Shown: positions 49,585-59,101 of the stretch, piece by piece
How positions within the stretch are numbered: the first letter of the stretch is position 1
How the letters are laid out: each line of letters begins with the position of its first letter
From: Candidatus Poribacteria bacterium
GTDB lineage: Bacteria > Poribacteria > WGA-4E > PCPOR2b
Length of the DNA: 64,000 bases
Direction of reading: 5' to 3'
NCBI GenBank assembly: GCA_965208325.1
Contig: OZ242326.1
Location: 3,296,001-3,360,000 of the forward strand
The notes under the pieces: generated by a model
The model's input: the letters and a program-made list of their open reading frames with translations, nothing else
What the model was told of the DNA's origin: nothing
The model's database searches: none
Position numbers and translations under genes: made by a program

Positions 49585-50568
49585 ATGCAGACCGAAGTCC
49601 AAGTACAACAGTTCCGAGAAAATTACAACCGCATTAAGGCAGAGGTCCAAAAGCGCATCGTTGGGCAGGATGAAATCATCGAAGGCGCGTTACTGTGCCT
49701 GCTCGCCGACGGACATGCACTGCTCGAAGGCGTTCCCGGCTTGGGCAAAACGCAACTGGTACATACGTTAAGCGAAGTGTTGAGCTTGTCCTTTTCGCGA
49801 ATTCAGTTCACGCCCGATATGATGCCATCCGACATTACGGGTACTATGTTGCTTATCGAAAACGCACAAGGGCGCAAACAGTTCGAATTTCAGAAGGGGC
49901 CGATTTTCGCGCAGATTGTGTTGGCAGACGAGATTAACCGAGCCACACCGCGAACCCAATCCGCGTTGCTGGAAGCTATGCAGGAGCGGACAGTAAGTGT
50001 AGCGCGGACAAGCCACAAACTCGATGAACCGTTTTGTGTTCTCGCAACGCAAAATCCGTTGGAGTTAGAGGGGACGTATCCGTTGCCAGAAGCCCAGTTA
50101 GATCGATTTCTATTTAAGCTTCACGTGAATTATCCGGACGCAGATGAAATGCTTGAGATTATGCGCCGCACCACAAGGGATGGAGATGTTCCAATAGAGC
50201 GGGTGATTGATTCAGAGACGATTCAGTGGATGCGGCAGATGGTTCGGCGTGTGCCAATTGTGGAACATGTGGAGCGGTATATCATTGCGCTAATTCGAGC
50301 GACTCATTCGGACAATCCCGATGCACCGGAGATTACCAAGCAGTATGTCGAGTTGGGGGGGAGCATTCGCGGTGTACAAGCGGTCACACTAACAGCAAAG
50401 ATTAAGGCATTGCTAGACGAGCGCTACAACGTGGCTTTTGAGGACGTACAAGCAGTTGCACTCCCTGCGCTGCGTCACCGCATATTCTTGAACTATGAAG
50501 GTAAGGGCGAGGACATCAAAACTGATGAAATCGTCACGAGTATTCTTGAATCTTTAGATGCGGAGTGA
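49585..50568 (+). CDS. moxR: MoxR-family AAA+ ATPase
   Basis: GVPGLGKT, RIQFTPD, LADEINRA, TYPLPEAQLDRF. Confidence 0.93.
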   Translation: MQTEVQVQQFRENYNRIKAEVQKRIVGQDEIIEGALLCLLADGHALLEGVPGLGKTQLVHTLSEVLSLSFSRIQFTPDMMPSDITGTMLLIENAQGRKQFEFQKGPIFAQIVLADEINRATPRTQSALLEAMQERTVSVARTSHKLDEPFCVLATQNPLELEGTYPLPEAQLDRFLFKLHVNYPDADEMLEIMRRTTRDGDVPIERVIDSETIQWMRQMVRRVPIVEHVERYIIALIRATHSDNPDAPEITKQYVELGGSIRGVQAVTLTAKIKALLDERYNVAFEDVQAVALPALRHRIFLNYEGKGEDIKTDEIVTSILESLDAE

Positions 50569-50602
50569 AGTCTGGTGGGGGATTGGATGGATTGGCGGCA
50601 AC

Positions 50603-51712
50603 TCAATCGCTCATTTCAAGCATTCGCTCAATTGGGCTTCTCGCCCCCTCAATGACCTCCGGGCTCAACGTAACTTCGTGCGGGCTTAAATCGCCGCCGC
50701 TATCTAGCGTTTCCAGTATACGCAGCACTTTGTCGAGAGAAACTTTTGCCATGTGCGAGCAACGCACGGAACAAGCCGTCCAAAACTGAATTGTTGGAAA
50801 CTCCTGCGCCAGATTCGAGGTTAATTCACATTCCGATGCGATAAAGGCGCGTTCCAGCGTGTTTTCTTCGACCCGCTTTGCGATGTCCCTGCGAATCTGG
50901 CTGGTGCTGCCGTAATAGTCCGCCTCATGAAGCACCTCCGGGCGGCATTCCCAGTGTGCATAGAGTATTCGCTCCGGATGACCTTTGGGGATTTCGAACG
51001 AGTCTCGTATCGCGAGTAAATCTTGGAGTGAGAACCTTTCATGGACCTCGCACACGGCGCCCGGTTCTTGATTGCCTTTGCCCGGATACAGAACTGTTTT
51101 TTCTCCCATGAGTTCTTGTTCCAAATTTTGTGAGAAGAAGATATCCGGAACAAAAAGAATCTCCTCGCCCGGCATGGCTTGCGCAATCTTGGCGGCATTC
51201 GCTGATGTACAGCAGATGTCTGATTCCGCTTTCGCATCAGCGTAGCTGTTGATGTAAATCATGACCGGAACGCCGGGGTAGAGCGCTTTCAACTTCTTCA
51301 CATCCTCCGCGCCGAAATTGTCCGCCAATGAACATCCCGCCGATTTATCAGCGACAAGCACTGTTTTTAACGGATTAAGTATCTTTGCCGTTTCCGCCAT
51401 AAACGGCACGCCGTTAAAGATAATGTATTGTGCTTCTGTTTTTGCAGCGTGCATGCTTAATCCAAGCGAGTCCCCTTGCTCTGATGTTTCAGACAGACCG
51501 AACACAAGCGGTTCCATGTAATTGTGGCCGAGCATTAACACGTTGTGTTTTTTCTTGAGTTTTAATATATTGTAGACAGTTTCTGCATGCGCTTCGATGT
51601 CGATGTTCGTTAAACTCGGATGATGCCGCTGGTAGAGTTCATTTTTTACGCCTTCAAGACTGAACTCTTCCGTATGCATGCTAAAGTCTCTTGCTGTGGG
51701 TTGGGCGTCCAT
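50603..51712 (-). CDS. nadA: Quinolinate synthase
   Basis: GHNY, GDSL.L, FMAETAKILNP, AGCSLA, YINS, CEVH, AHWEC. Confidence 0.93.
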   Translation of the reverse strand: MDAQPTARDFSMHTEEFSLEGVKNELYQRHHPSLTNIDIEAHAETVYNILKLKKKHNVLMLGHNYMEPLVFGLSETSEQGDSLGLSMHAAKTEAQYIIFNGVPFMAETAKILNPLKTVLVADKSAGCSLADNFGAEDVKKLKALYPGVPVMIYINSYADAKAESDICCTSANAAKIAQAMPGEEILFVPDIFFSQNLEQELMGEKTVLYPGKGNQEPGAVCEVHERFSLQDLLAIRDSFEIPKGHPERILYAHWECRPEVLHEADYYGSTSQIRRDIAKRVEENTLERAFIASECELTSNLAQEFPTIQFWTACSVRCSHMAKVSLDKVLRILETLDSGGDLSPHEVTLSPEVIEGARSPIERMLEMSD

Positions 51713-51980
51713 GATTTCATCTACCCCGATATTTTACGGGGGATTTTCACCTCATGTCTTTTTAGTGTCATGATTGCAGTGAGGAAATATTACGGCATTT
51801 TATTAAAAGCTACAACAAAGTCATGATACTTGCTAAATTGCTAGAGTTTACATTAAGGCAAAAGGATTTGTCAAGTTTGAACGATTAACGCATTGGATTA
51901 AGAGGGGGCGACAGCGTGATTTACAATGGCAGTAGTCTTCAAAACTACCGCAGCCGCTGCGCGCTCCTCCGATCCCGCGA

Positions 51981-53432
51981 CTATTCACCAAACCCATACT
52001 CCTTCCACCGTTTGTCGACGAGATCGATTACCTCTTGAGACATCTTGATTTCGTCGGGCCATTCGCGTTCGTAACCCTCTTCACTCCATTTGGTCGTTGC
52101 ATCAATCCCCATCTTTGACCCGGCGCCTATCAGGGGGGCGGCGTGGTCTAGTACATCAACGGGCCCCTCGACAATGGTTACGTCGCGTTTCGGATCGACG
52201 TTGCTGCCGACGCGGAAAAACACCTCCTCCACACGCTGCACATCTACATCTTTATCGACAACGATGATGATTTTGCTGAACATGAGTTGTCCGAGTCCCC
52301 ACAAGCTATGCATAATCTTCTTTGCGTGGAAGGGATAGCGTTTATCAATCGAGACCAAGGCAAAATTGTGGAACACACCGAACAACGGAAGATTCATGTC
52401 GACCAGTTCCGGAAGTTGTGTTTTAATCAACGGCAAGAAGATTCGCTCGGTTGCTTTACCCATGTAGCAGTCTTCCATTGGCGGTTTGCCAACGATGATA
52501 GTTTGGTAGATAGGGTTCTTACGGTGGGTGATAGCGGTGATATGAAAAACGGGATATTCGTCCTCAAGCGAATAATAGCCGGTGTGATCGCCGAAAGGGC
52601 CTTCTATGCAGGTTTCGTCGGGTTCGATATAGCCTTCAATCACAATGTCGGCGTCTGCTGGCGCAAGCATATCAATCGTCTTACACTGCACCATTGGCAC
52701 ATTGGATTCGCGGAGAAAGCCCGCGAACAGGATTTCATCAATGCCTGTCGGGAGCGGGGCGGTACCGATATAAGACATGACCGGATCGCCGCCGATTGCA
52801 ACGGCGACAGGCATCCGCTCCCCCGCCTGACGGTATTCGCGGTGATGCGCCGCGCCGTCATGGTGAATCTGCCAATGCATCGCCATTGTCCGTGAATCAA
52901 TCTTCTGTATTCGATAGGTGCCAACATTGCGCTGACCTGTTTTCAGGCTGTGCGTAAAGACTTGGGGCAGTGTGATATATTTATCCGCATCAAGGGGCCA
53001 ACATTTGATAAGCGGCAAGCTATCCAATGAGACGCTATCGCCGGTATGCACTACTTCTTGGCTGGCGCCGCGCCGCACGGTCTTGGGAGGGAATTTGGTC
53101 AATTTCGCCAGTATGCCGAGTATCTTGACTTTATCAAGAAGCGATTCTGGCGGGCCAAGCTTAATCATTCCTTCAATTTCATCGGCAATCTCGTTGAGGT
53201 CTTCCACGCCGAGCGCCATTGCCATCCGCTTGTAAGATCCGAAGGCGTTGATGAGCAACGGCATCTCGCTCCCTTCTACATTTTCAAACAGCAATGCCGG
53301 ACCTTCTGCTTTACTCACCCGATCGGTAATCTGCGAGACTTCAAGATTGGGTGAGACTTTGGCTTTAATGCGTTTCAGTTCGCCCTCTTGTTCCAATGTT
53401 TTGACAAAATCTCTTAGGCTGGAATATGCCAT
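51981..53432 (-). CDS. UbiD-family decarboxylase (menaquinone/futalosine-pathway type)
   Basis: EGPFGDHTGYY, KRYPFHAKK, GPVDVLDHA, GIDAT. Confidence 0.9.
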   Translation of the reverse strand: MAYSSLRDFVKTLEQEGELKRIKAKVSPNLEVSQITDRVSKAEGPALLFENVEGSEMPLLINAFGSYKRMAMALGVEDLNEIADEIEGMIKLGPPESLLDKVKILGILAKLTKFPPKTVRRGASQEVVHTGDSVSLDSLPLIKCWPLDADKYITLPQVFTHSLKTGQRNVGTYRIQKIDSRTMAMHWQIHHDGAAHHREYRQAGERMPVAVAIGGDPVMSYIGTAPLPTGIDEILFAGFLRESNVPMVQCKTIDMLAPADADIVIEGYIEPDETCIEGPFGDHTGYYSLEDEYPVFHITAITHRKNPIYQTIIVGKPPMEDCYMGKATERIFLPLIKTQLPELVDMNLPLFGVFHNFALVSIDKRYPFHAKKIMHSLWGLGQLMFSKIIIVVDKDVDVQRVEEVFFRVGSNVDPKRDVTIVEGPVDVLDHAAPLIGAGSKMGIDATTKWSEEGYEREWPDEIKMSQEVIDLVDKRWKEYGFGE

Positions 53433-53531
53433 GTTTTACCTCGTGCCGTATCGGAACACAAATTCCTATGACTATCGGGAATCGCGTTACCTGCATTTCC
53501 TCGATTCTTTACACGCCCGAATCTCCGGCCG

Positions 53532-55055
53532 TTATGGGAAAAAGTTGTTATCTTTGGTGGTTGTGGGACACCATCGGGCGGCAAAAAGAAAGTGTAACAA
53601 GGCTTCTTGCGCTTCAGGTGTGCCAATTCGATGCAGTGCATCAATCGCATTCGCACGGACATAGCGATTCTCATCGTTCAACGCGGCCTTCAACGCCGGC
53701 ACCGCTTCATGCGCATGCGTTCCGATCCGAGTCAATGAGAGTGCAGCCGTGAACCTAACCTGAGCGTCCGAATCGTGCAAGGCGTCCGTCAACGCCGGCA
53801 CAACATCTTTGGGCGGGGATTCAATTATTCCTAACGCCTCAACCATGTTCTGGCGCACCTCCTCTGACGGATCTTTGAGAAGTTTGGCTAGTTTCGCCAC
53901 GGTGTCTTGAGTCGCTGCCCCAATCTCGCCCAGTGCAAAAGCCGCACCGGCGCGAACCGCGTCAGACTTGTGTTCCAACGCGGCTTCCAGCGCAGGAACA
54001 GCCGGCGCGCCGGCCGCGCTGAGTGCGTACGCGGCATTCCGCCGCACCGACTCCGTCTCGTGATTCAATGCATCTATCAACAACGACACAGCGTGGGCGC
54101 CAATTTCGCCCAACGCGTAGGCGGCGTTGAGGCCGACAGCTTCTTGAGTGTCTCCCAGAGATTCTATCAATGCCGGCACAGCGTCTTGGCTGGCTTCATC
54201 ACTCATCATTCCCAACGCGTCCACCGCATTGAGGCGGTGGGTAGGGTTCTCATCGCGCAGCGCTTTAATCAATTTAGCCGCATCGCCATTCCTCGACGAA
54301 TTTTCGTTGTGCGATGGGGCGCCTTTCTCATGCAATCGTTCCCTGCCCGACAACCAGTTCCAACAATGCCGCCACATAGTCTGAGGTTTTAAGGCTGGGC
54401 CGCCGTTTTCGACGGGCGACCAGGCCGACATTTCATTGTTCCAAGTGGGTTCTTTCGGCGCATCCATGCGGATGAATTGGAATTTCAACATGAACCGATG
54501 CTTGTCGGTACGATTTGCCATCGCCCGGTGCAAAAGGTCATAATGGATAATCGTTACTGTACCGGCACCACCGAAAAGCGGCACTCCGGCTTCATCATTT
54601 CCATGTTCACCTGTACAGTAATATTGTGTGCCCGGTAACACCGCGGTCGGTCCAATGTCTTCGGCGACATCCTGCGGATAGTAGAACGCCATTGCCCACC
54701 AGGGGCGGTGGTTGCGCATCTTTAAATAACCCCAATAGCTGTCCTTGTGCCAGCCCTGCGCCTCACTGCCGGGCGAATTGTGGTGGGGATGGCGGTGCGG
54801 GTGCATGATATAATCCGGACCTAGTATACTGGTAAAGGCGCCCCGGATAACGGGTTGATCGAAGACTTCCTGAATCTCAGGAATCCTCGGCAGCACGTTG
54901 TTCCCCGGGTTGCCTTCCTTCTCGACGACCGAGTTAAGCTGCTGGTAGACGTATTCGTGGAAACTAGTGGGTAGATTCGTCTTGACCGTCACATATCCGT
55001 TGACAATGAAATCCCGTATCTGATTGTCATTGAAGAGATATCTGTCATCAAGCAT
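53532..55055 (-). CDS. Phytanoyl-CoA dioxygenase (PhyH)-like domain fused to HEAT repeats
   Basis: WHKD (HxD) and HYDLLHRA Fe-binding motifs; multiple VR..AA.ALG HEAT_PBS repeats. Confidence 0.85.
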   Translation of the reverse strand: MLDDRYLFNDNQIRDFIVNGYVTVKTNLPTSFHEYVYQQLNSVVEKEGNPGNNVLPRIPEIQEVFDQPVIRGAFTSILGPDYIMHPHRHPHHNSPGSEAQGWHKDSYWGYLKMRNHRPWWAMAFYYPQDVAEDIGPTAVLPGTQYYCTGEHGNDEAGVPLFGGAGTVTIIHYDLLHRAMANRTDKHRFMLKFQFIRMDAPKEPTWNNEMSAWSPVENGGPALKPQTMWRHCWNWLSGRERLHEKGAPSHNENSSRNGDAAKLIKALRDENPTHRLNAVDALGMMSDEASQDAVPALIESLGDTQEAVGLNAAYALGEIGAHAVSLLIDALNHETESVRRNAAYALSAAGAPAVPALEAALEHKSDAVRAGAAFALGEIGAATQDTVAKLAKLLKDPSEEVRQNMVEALGIIESPPKDVVPALTDALHDSDAQVRFTAALSLTRIGTHAHEAVPALKAALNDENRYVRANAIDALHRIGTPEAQEALLHFLFAARWCPTTTKDNNFFP

Positions 55056-55181
55056 TTTTAATTCCTTTTCTTGGTTTTACATCAGAGGCTATTTTTCGTT
55101 GCCTACACAATAATCCATCTTCAGCGTAGTTTAATGCAGTTGAAAATTTGATGCGCAACCGTGATAGTTTGTTTAAGTCTC

Positions 55182-56339
55182 TTATGGTGCAACGACTACC
55201 TTCATACACTGCTCGGGTTGCATCGACTTCAGCATTCCGATTTCGGTCTGAGCGAGCGGGTATTCATGTGTCACGAATTTCTCAAATGGAAAGCGGTTGG
55301 TATTCCTTTGCATTAACTCCATGCTAGGCGTATAACCGGTGAATGGGTGGTTCGTCATCCCGATAAGCCGGATATTTTTTGAACAGAAATGGCGGTGCGG
55401 ACTTAACGATACCTCTCCCGTCTCGACAAAATTGCCGGCCTCAATGTAAACGCCGCCCTTGCGCAGCATCTCCAGCCCTTCAGGCACGACTTCGGCAATG
55501 CCGGCACATTCCACGACGATGTCCGCGCCGCGCCCATGGGTCAAAGAACGGACGAATTCGATTCGCTCATCTTGGGTGGTCTGAGTCACATTGAGGGTGT
55601 GGTCAACACCAAATTCTCCAGCAAGGTCAAGTCGGAAATCCGCTCCATCGGTGGCGATAATCTGACCGGCGCCCATCATTCGCGCCTTAATGACGTGACA
55701 AATTCCCATTGGGCCGACGCCTTGAATAACAACGGTGCTGCCCGTAGCGAATCCCTCGCCAGTGAGCGTGAAGAACTCCTTCGTCTTATCCAGGTTGTAG
55801 CTAACAGCCATCAGTTCGACCATGACAGCAACTCGCAGCGGAAGTTCTTCGGGAACTTTATAGAGAAATGCGTTAGGCAGGATGTACATATATTCCGCCC
55901 AGCCTCCAAAAAGGTGAGGAGGATCAGCGGCGGTAAACGCATTGCCATAACCTTGCAGGTTTTCACACCAAGGGAACGCAAACGTGTGCCGGCAGTCATA
56001 GCATTCGCCGCAAATGACGTCCGGGCACAAGGCGACGCGATCGCCCACCCGCAGCCGTTCCCCGTTGAAGTCGAGGCGCGGGTTCTTGCTATCGTTGATT
56101 TCAGCGACGATTCCAACCACTTCATGCCCCGGAATGATTGGGAACGGGGTATCCGATTCTGCGTCGGTGCCGGCATATTGTTTCGTCTCCCCGCGCCAAG
56201 TGTGCTTGTCCGTGCCGCAGATGCCGCACATCTCCACCTTGAGGAGCACACCGCCATCTTCCAACTCTGGGAAAGGAAATTCTTGAATCTCGATTTTTCC
56301 CGGGTGCACCATTACCGCCGCTTGGACGACATCGCCCAT
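55182..56339 (-). CDS. Zn-dependent medium-chain dehydrogenase
   Basis: CGICGTD, PGHE, C..C..C......C structural Zn site, G.GPMG. Start trimmed to MGDVV. Confidence 0.92.
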   Translation of the reverse strand: MGDVVQAAVMVHPGKIEIQEFPFPELEDGGVLLKVEMCGICGTDKHTWRGETKQYAGTDAESDTPFPIIPGHEVVGIVAEINDSKNPRLDFNGERLRVGDRVALCPDVICGECYDCRHTFAFPWCENLQGYGNAFTAADPPHLFGGWAEYMYILPNAFLYKVPEELPLRVAVMVELMAVSYNLDKTKEFFTLTGEGFATGSTVVIQGVGPMGICHVIKARMMGAGQIIATDGADFRLDLAGEFGVDHTLNVTQTTQDERIEFVRSLTHGRGADIVVECAGIAEVVPEGLEMLRKGGVYIEAGNFVETGEVSLSPHRHFCSKNIRLIGMTNHPFTGYTPSMELMQRNTNRFPFEKFVTHEYPLAQTEIGMLKSMQPEQCMKVVVAP

Positions 56340-56720
56340 AATCTCTGGTCCTTTCCAAAAAATCAACATAGACGGAATCGGCGGATACAGTCTCGTTTTC
56401 CCAGTGAGCCGATGTACTGCACGATTCCGCCGGCAGCAGTCCACAGCCAAACATCGGACAACTGCGTTTCGTGCGCAGCGGGTAGATTGTATCATACGCG
56501 GCTGATTATATCAATCCTCCTCTCATATATTGCGCGTATATTTGAAACAGCTTCTCCCACGGAGCCTTCACCGATGCATCACTAAAATCGGTGTATAAGC
56601 AAGGCAAGGCACTCATAAATGCTTGTCACACGGAGAGAAAAGCGTTACAATTTAGATGTAAACGGCGTTACATTTTTGCAATGTTTGCGTCTCGATATTC
56701 AATCTCAAGATAGGGTAACT

Positions 56721-56854
56721 ATAGTAAATTACATTCATATTTGCATATATTTCCGCAGGCGCGGTTTCCATGCGCGCATGCGGACGGGATAAATACTAAT
56801 TCGGTTAGGAAACCGAACCCACGGCAACGTATAAATAATTATCGGATTAACTAT
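56721..56854. repeat. MITE/REPIN-like intergenic element
   Basis: Imperfect terminal inverted repeats ATAGTAAATTACAT / ATCGGATTAACTAT enclose two inverted REP-like hairpins (GCGCGGTTTCCATGCGCGC; TTCGGTTAGGAAACCGAA). Confidence 0.45.
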
Positions 56855-56890
56855 TACCATCGGAACCTCGGAGGAATTTTAACGGAATAG

Positions 56891-58762
56891 ATGAACAAGA
56901 AGTTGTATTTTAGTTTGACCATGTTGTTGGTCTACATTTTGTTTCTACCGGATGCGTCCGCGCAAGATTACACCCGCTGGGGTTTGCCCGAGGGTGCGAG
57001 TGCGCGTCTGGGTAGAGGTTCAATAACAGATGTTGCGTTTTCTCCGGATGGGGCGCAACTTGCTGTGGCTAGCAGCGTCGGGATTTGGCTTTATGATGCA
57101 CGTACTTATCAAGAGACTACCCTATTGGCCGGGCATACTTGGGTCAATACCGTTGAATTCAGTCCCGATGGCGGGACGCTCGCAAGCGGGAGTGCGGACG
57201 GAACCATCCGCTTGTGGGATGCCGTTACCGGCGAATCCCACAGAACGCTCAAGGGGCATACGTCCGATGTGAGGAGCGTTGTGTTCAATTCAGATGGCAC
57301 GACCCTGGTTAGCGGCGGCGGTTGGGAGGACAATACAATTCGCCTGTGGAGCACCGCAACGGGAGCGTTGCGCACAACACTCACGGGGCATGAATCTGAT
57401 ATTTATTGCGTTGCAATCAGCGGCAGCGGCAAGACAATCGCGAGCGGGAGTAAGGACGGCACAATAATGCTGTGGAATGCCGCCACCGGCAAGCTGCGCA
57501 GAAAGATTACGAGGCATAGCGGCGGTGTAAGGAGCGTTGTGTTCAGCGCCAATGGGAGGACGCTCGCCAGCGCGGGGGGGTGGAGAGACAACACCATCCG
57601 TCTGTGGAACGCCGCGAACGGAAAGCTGCGAAAAACGCTCAAGGGACATACGGATGCCGTGACTAGCCTTGCGTTCAGCGCGGATGGGGCAACGCTAGCT
57701 AGCGGCAGTTGGGACAATACTATCCGCCTGTGGGACGCCGCTACGCGGAAAATTCGCATAACACTCGAAGGTCATGCAGGCGATGTCAATAGCGTTGCGT
57801 TCAGTGCGGATGGTGCCACGCTCGCCAGCGGCGGCGGCCGAAAGGACAACACCGTCCGCCTGTGGGACGCCGCCACGGGTGAGCCGCGGGCAACGCTTAA
57901 TGGTTATACGTCCGATGTGTGGAGCGTTGTGTTCAACGCAGACGGCACGACGCTCGCCGCCGGCGGTTGGGACGGTGCTATCCGTTTGTGGGATGTTGCC
58001 AAAGGCGAATCCCGCAAAACACTCGCGGGACATACAGACGAGGTGGATAGCGTTGCGTTCAGCGCGGATGGCGCGACACTTGCCAGCGGCAGTAGAGACG
58101 GCACCATCCACTTGTGGGATATTGCCGCGGGTGCGATCCGCAAAGAGATTACGGGCCATGCGGGGGATGTCAATAGTGTTGCATTCAGCGCCGACGACGC
58201 CACACTCGCCAATGACGGGGGTTTGCACGGCACAATTTACCTGTGGAATGCCGCCACGGGCCAGTTTCGCAGCATGCTCACGGGGCATACGTCCCCGATT
58301 AACAGCTTAGTGTTCAGCGCCGATGGCGCCACGCTTGCCAGCGGGAGTTGGGACGCTACCATCCGATTATGGGATGCCGCCACGGGAGCGCATCGAAAAA
58401 CGCTGGCAGGGCACACGGAAGCCGTCACGAGTATTGCGTTCAACGCCGACGGCACGGCACTCGCCAGTGAGGGTAGGGACGGCACGGTTCGATTATGGGA
58501 TGTTGCCACGGGTGAACTCGGCAAAACCCTCACCAGCAAAATGGCTCCCATCAACAGCATTGCGTTCAGTGCCGATGGCGCGACACTCGCCAGCGGGGGC
58601 TGGGACGCCGCCATCCGATTGTGGGATATTGATACCGGGGAGCTCCGCAGAACACTCACAGGACATACCGGCGGCGTGACTAGCGTTACCTTTGGAGCCG
58701 GTGACGCCACACTCGCCAGCGGGAGCATGGATGGTACAATTCTGCTCTGGGAACTCCAGTAG
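56891..58762 (+). CDS. Secreted WD40-repeat protein (14 repeats, two 7-bladed propellers)
   Basis: Signal peptide ending ASA-Q; QDYTRWGLPEGASARLG leader; 14 WD40 repeats counted. Confidence 0.95.
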   Translation: MNKKLYFSLTMLLVYILFLPDASAQDYTRWGLPEGASARLGRGSITDVAFSPDGAQLAVASSVGIWLYDARTYQETTLLAGHTWVNTVEFSPDGGTLASGSADGTIRLWDAVTGESHRTLKGHTSDVRSVVFNSDGTTLVSGGGWEDNTIRLWSTATGALRTTLTGHESDIYCVAISGSGKTIASGSKDGTIMLWNAATGKLRRKITRHSGGVRSVVFSANGRTLASAGGWRDNTIRLWNAANGKLRKTLKGHTDAVTSLAFSADGATLASGSWDNTIRLWDAATRKIRITLEGHAGDVNSVAFSADGATLASGGGRKDNTVRLWDAATGEPRATLNGYTSDVWSVVFNADGTTLAAGGWDGAIRLWDVAKGESRKTLAGHTDEVDSVAFSADGATLASGSRDGTIHLWDIAAGAIRKEITGHAGDVNSVAFSADDATLANDGGLHGTIYLWNAATGQFRSMLTGHTSPINSLVFSADGATLASGSWDATIRLWDAATGAHRKTLAGHTEAVTSIAFNADGTALASEGRDGTVRLWDVATGELGKTLTSKMAPINSIAFSADGATLASGGWDAAIRLWDIDTGELRRTLTGHTGGVTSVTFGAGDATLASGSMDGTILLWELQ

Positions 58763-58881
58763 TTACGTGTTTTTGCCAAGATGCATGAGGTTCGTTGCAC
58801 CTGACGGTGCGGAAACCGCGTCCGCCGGCGGAACTCGCAGCGGTCTCACGGTGTTGCACGCGCAGAGCTTCTAGTGAGTAA

Positions 58882-58980
58882 CTCGACCAGTTTTTGGATA
58901 TTGAAATCAGCGGTGTTGCGGGCCGGCTTCACGACGCTAGGAAACAACTCAACCGACGGTTATGGGCAATGGTTGAAAAC
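58882..58980 (+). pseudogene. ECF sigma-70 region 4-like remnant
   Basis: LDQFLDIEISGVAGRLHDARKQLNRRLWAMVE, preceded by an in-frame stop. Confidence 0.45.
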
Positions 58981-59101
58981 CACACTTCCACGAACATACC
59001 AAAAGCTGCGTCCACTAAGCTACAGCAATCGGTCAAAACTCCCCGACTTCGAGGAGTCATAGGAGTCGAGATTTATAGCCGAAACATCTGGAGAGCTCGA
59101 C

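Noticed and set aside
55536..56585. 349-aa plus-strand ORF and other antisense ORFs over housekeeping and WD40 genes
   Set aside because: Shadow ORFs opposite well-supported genes, with no recognisable motifs.
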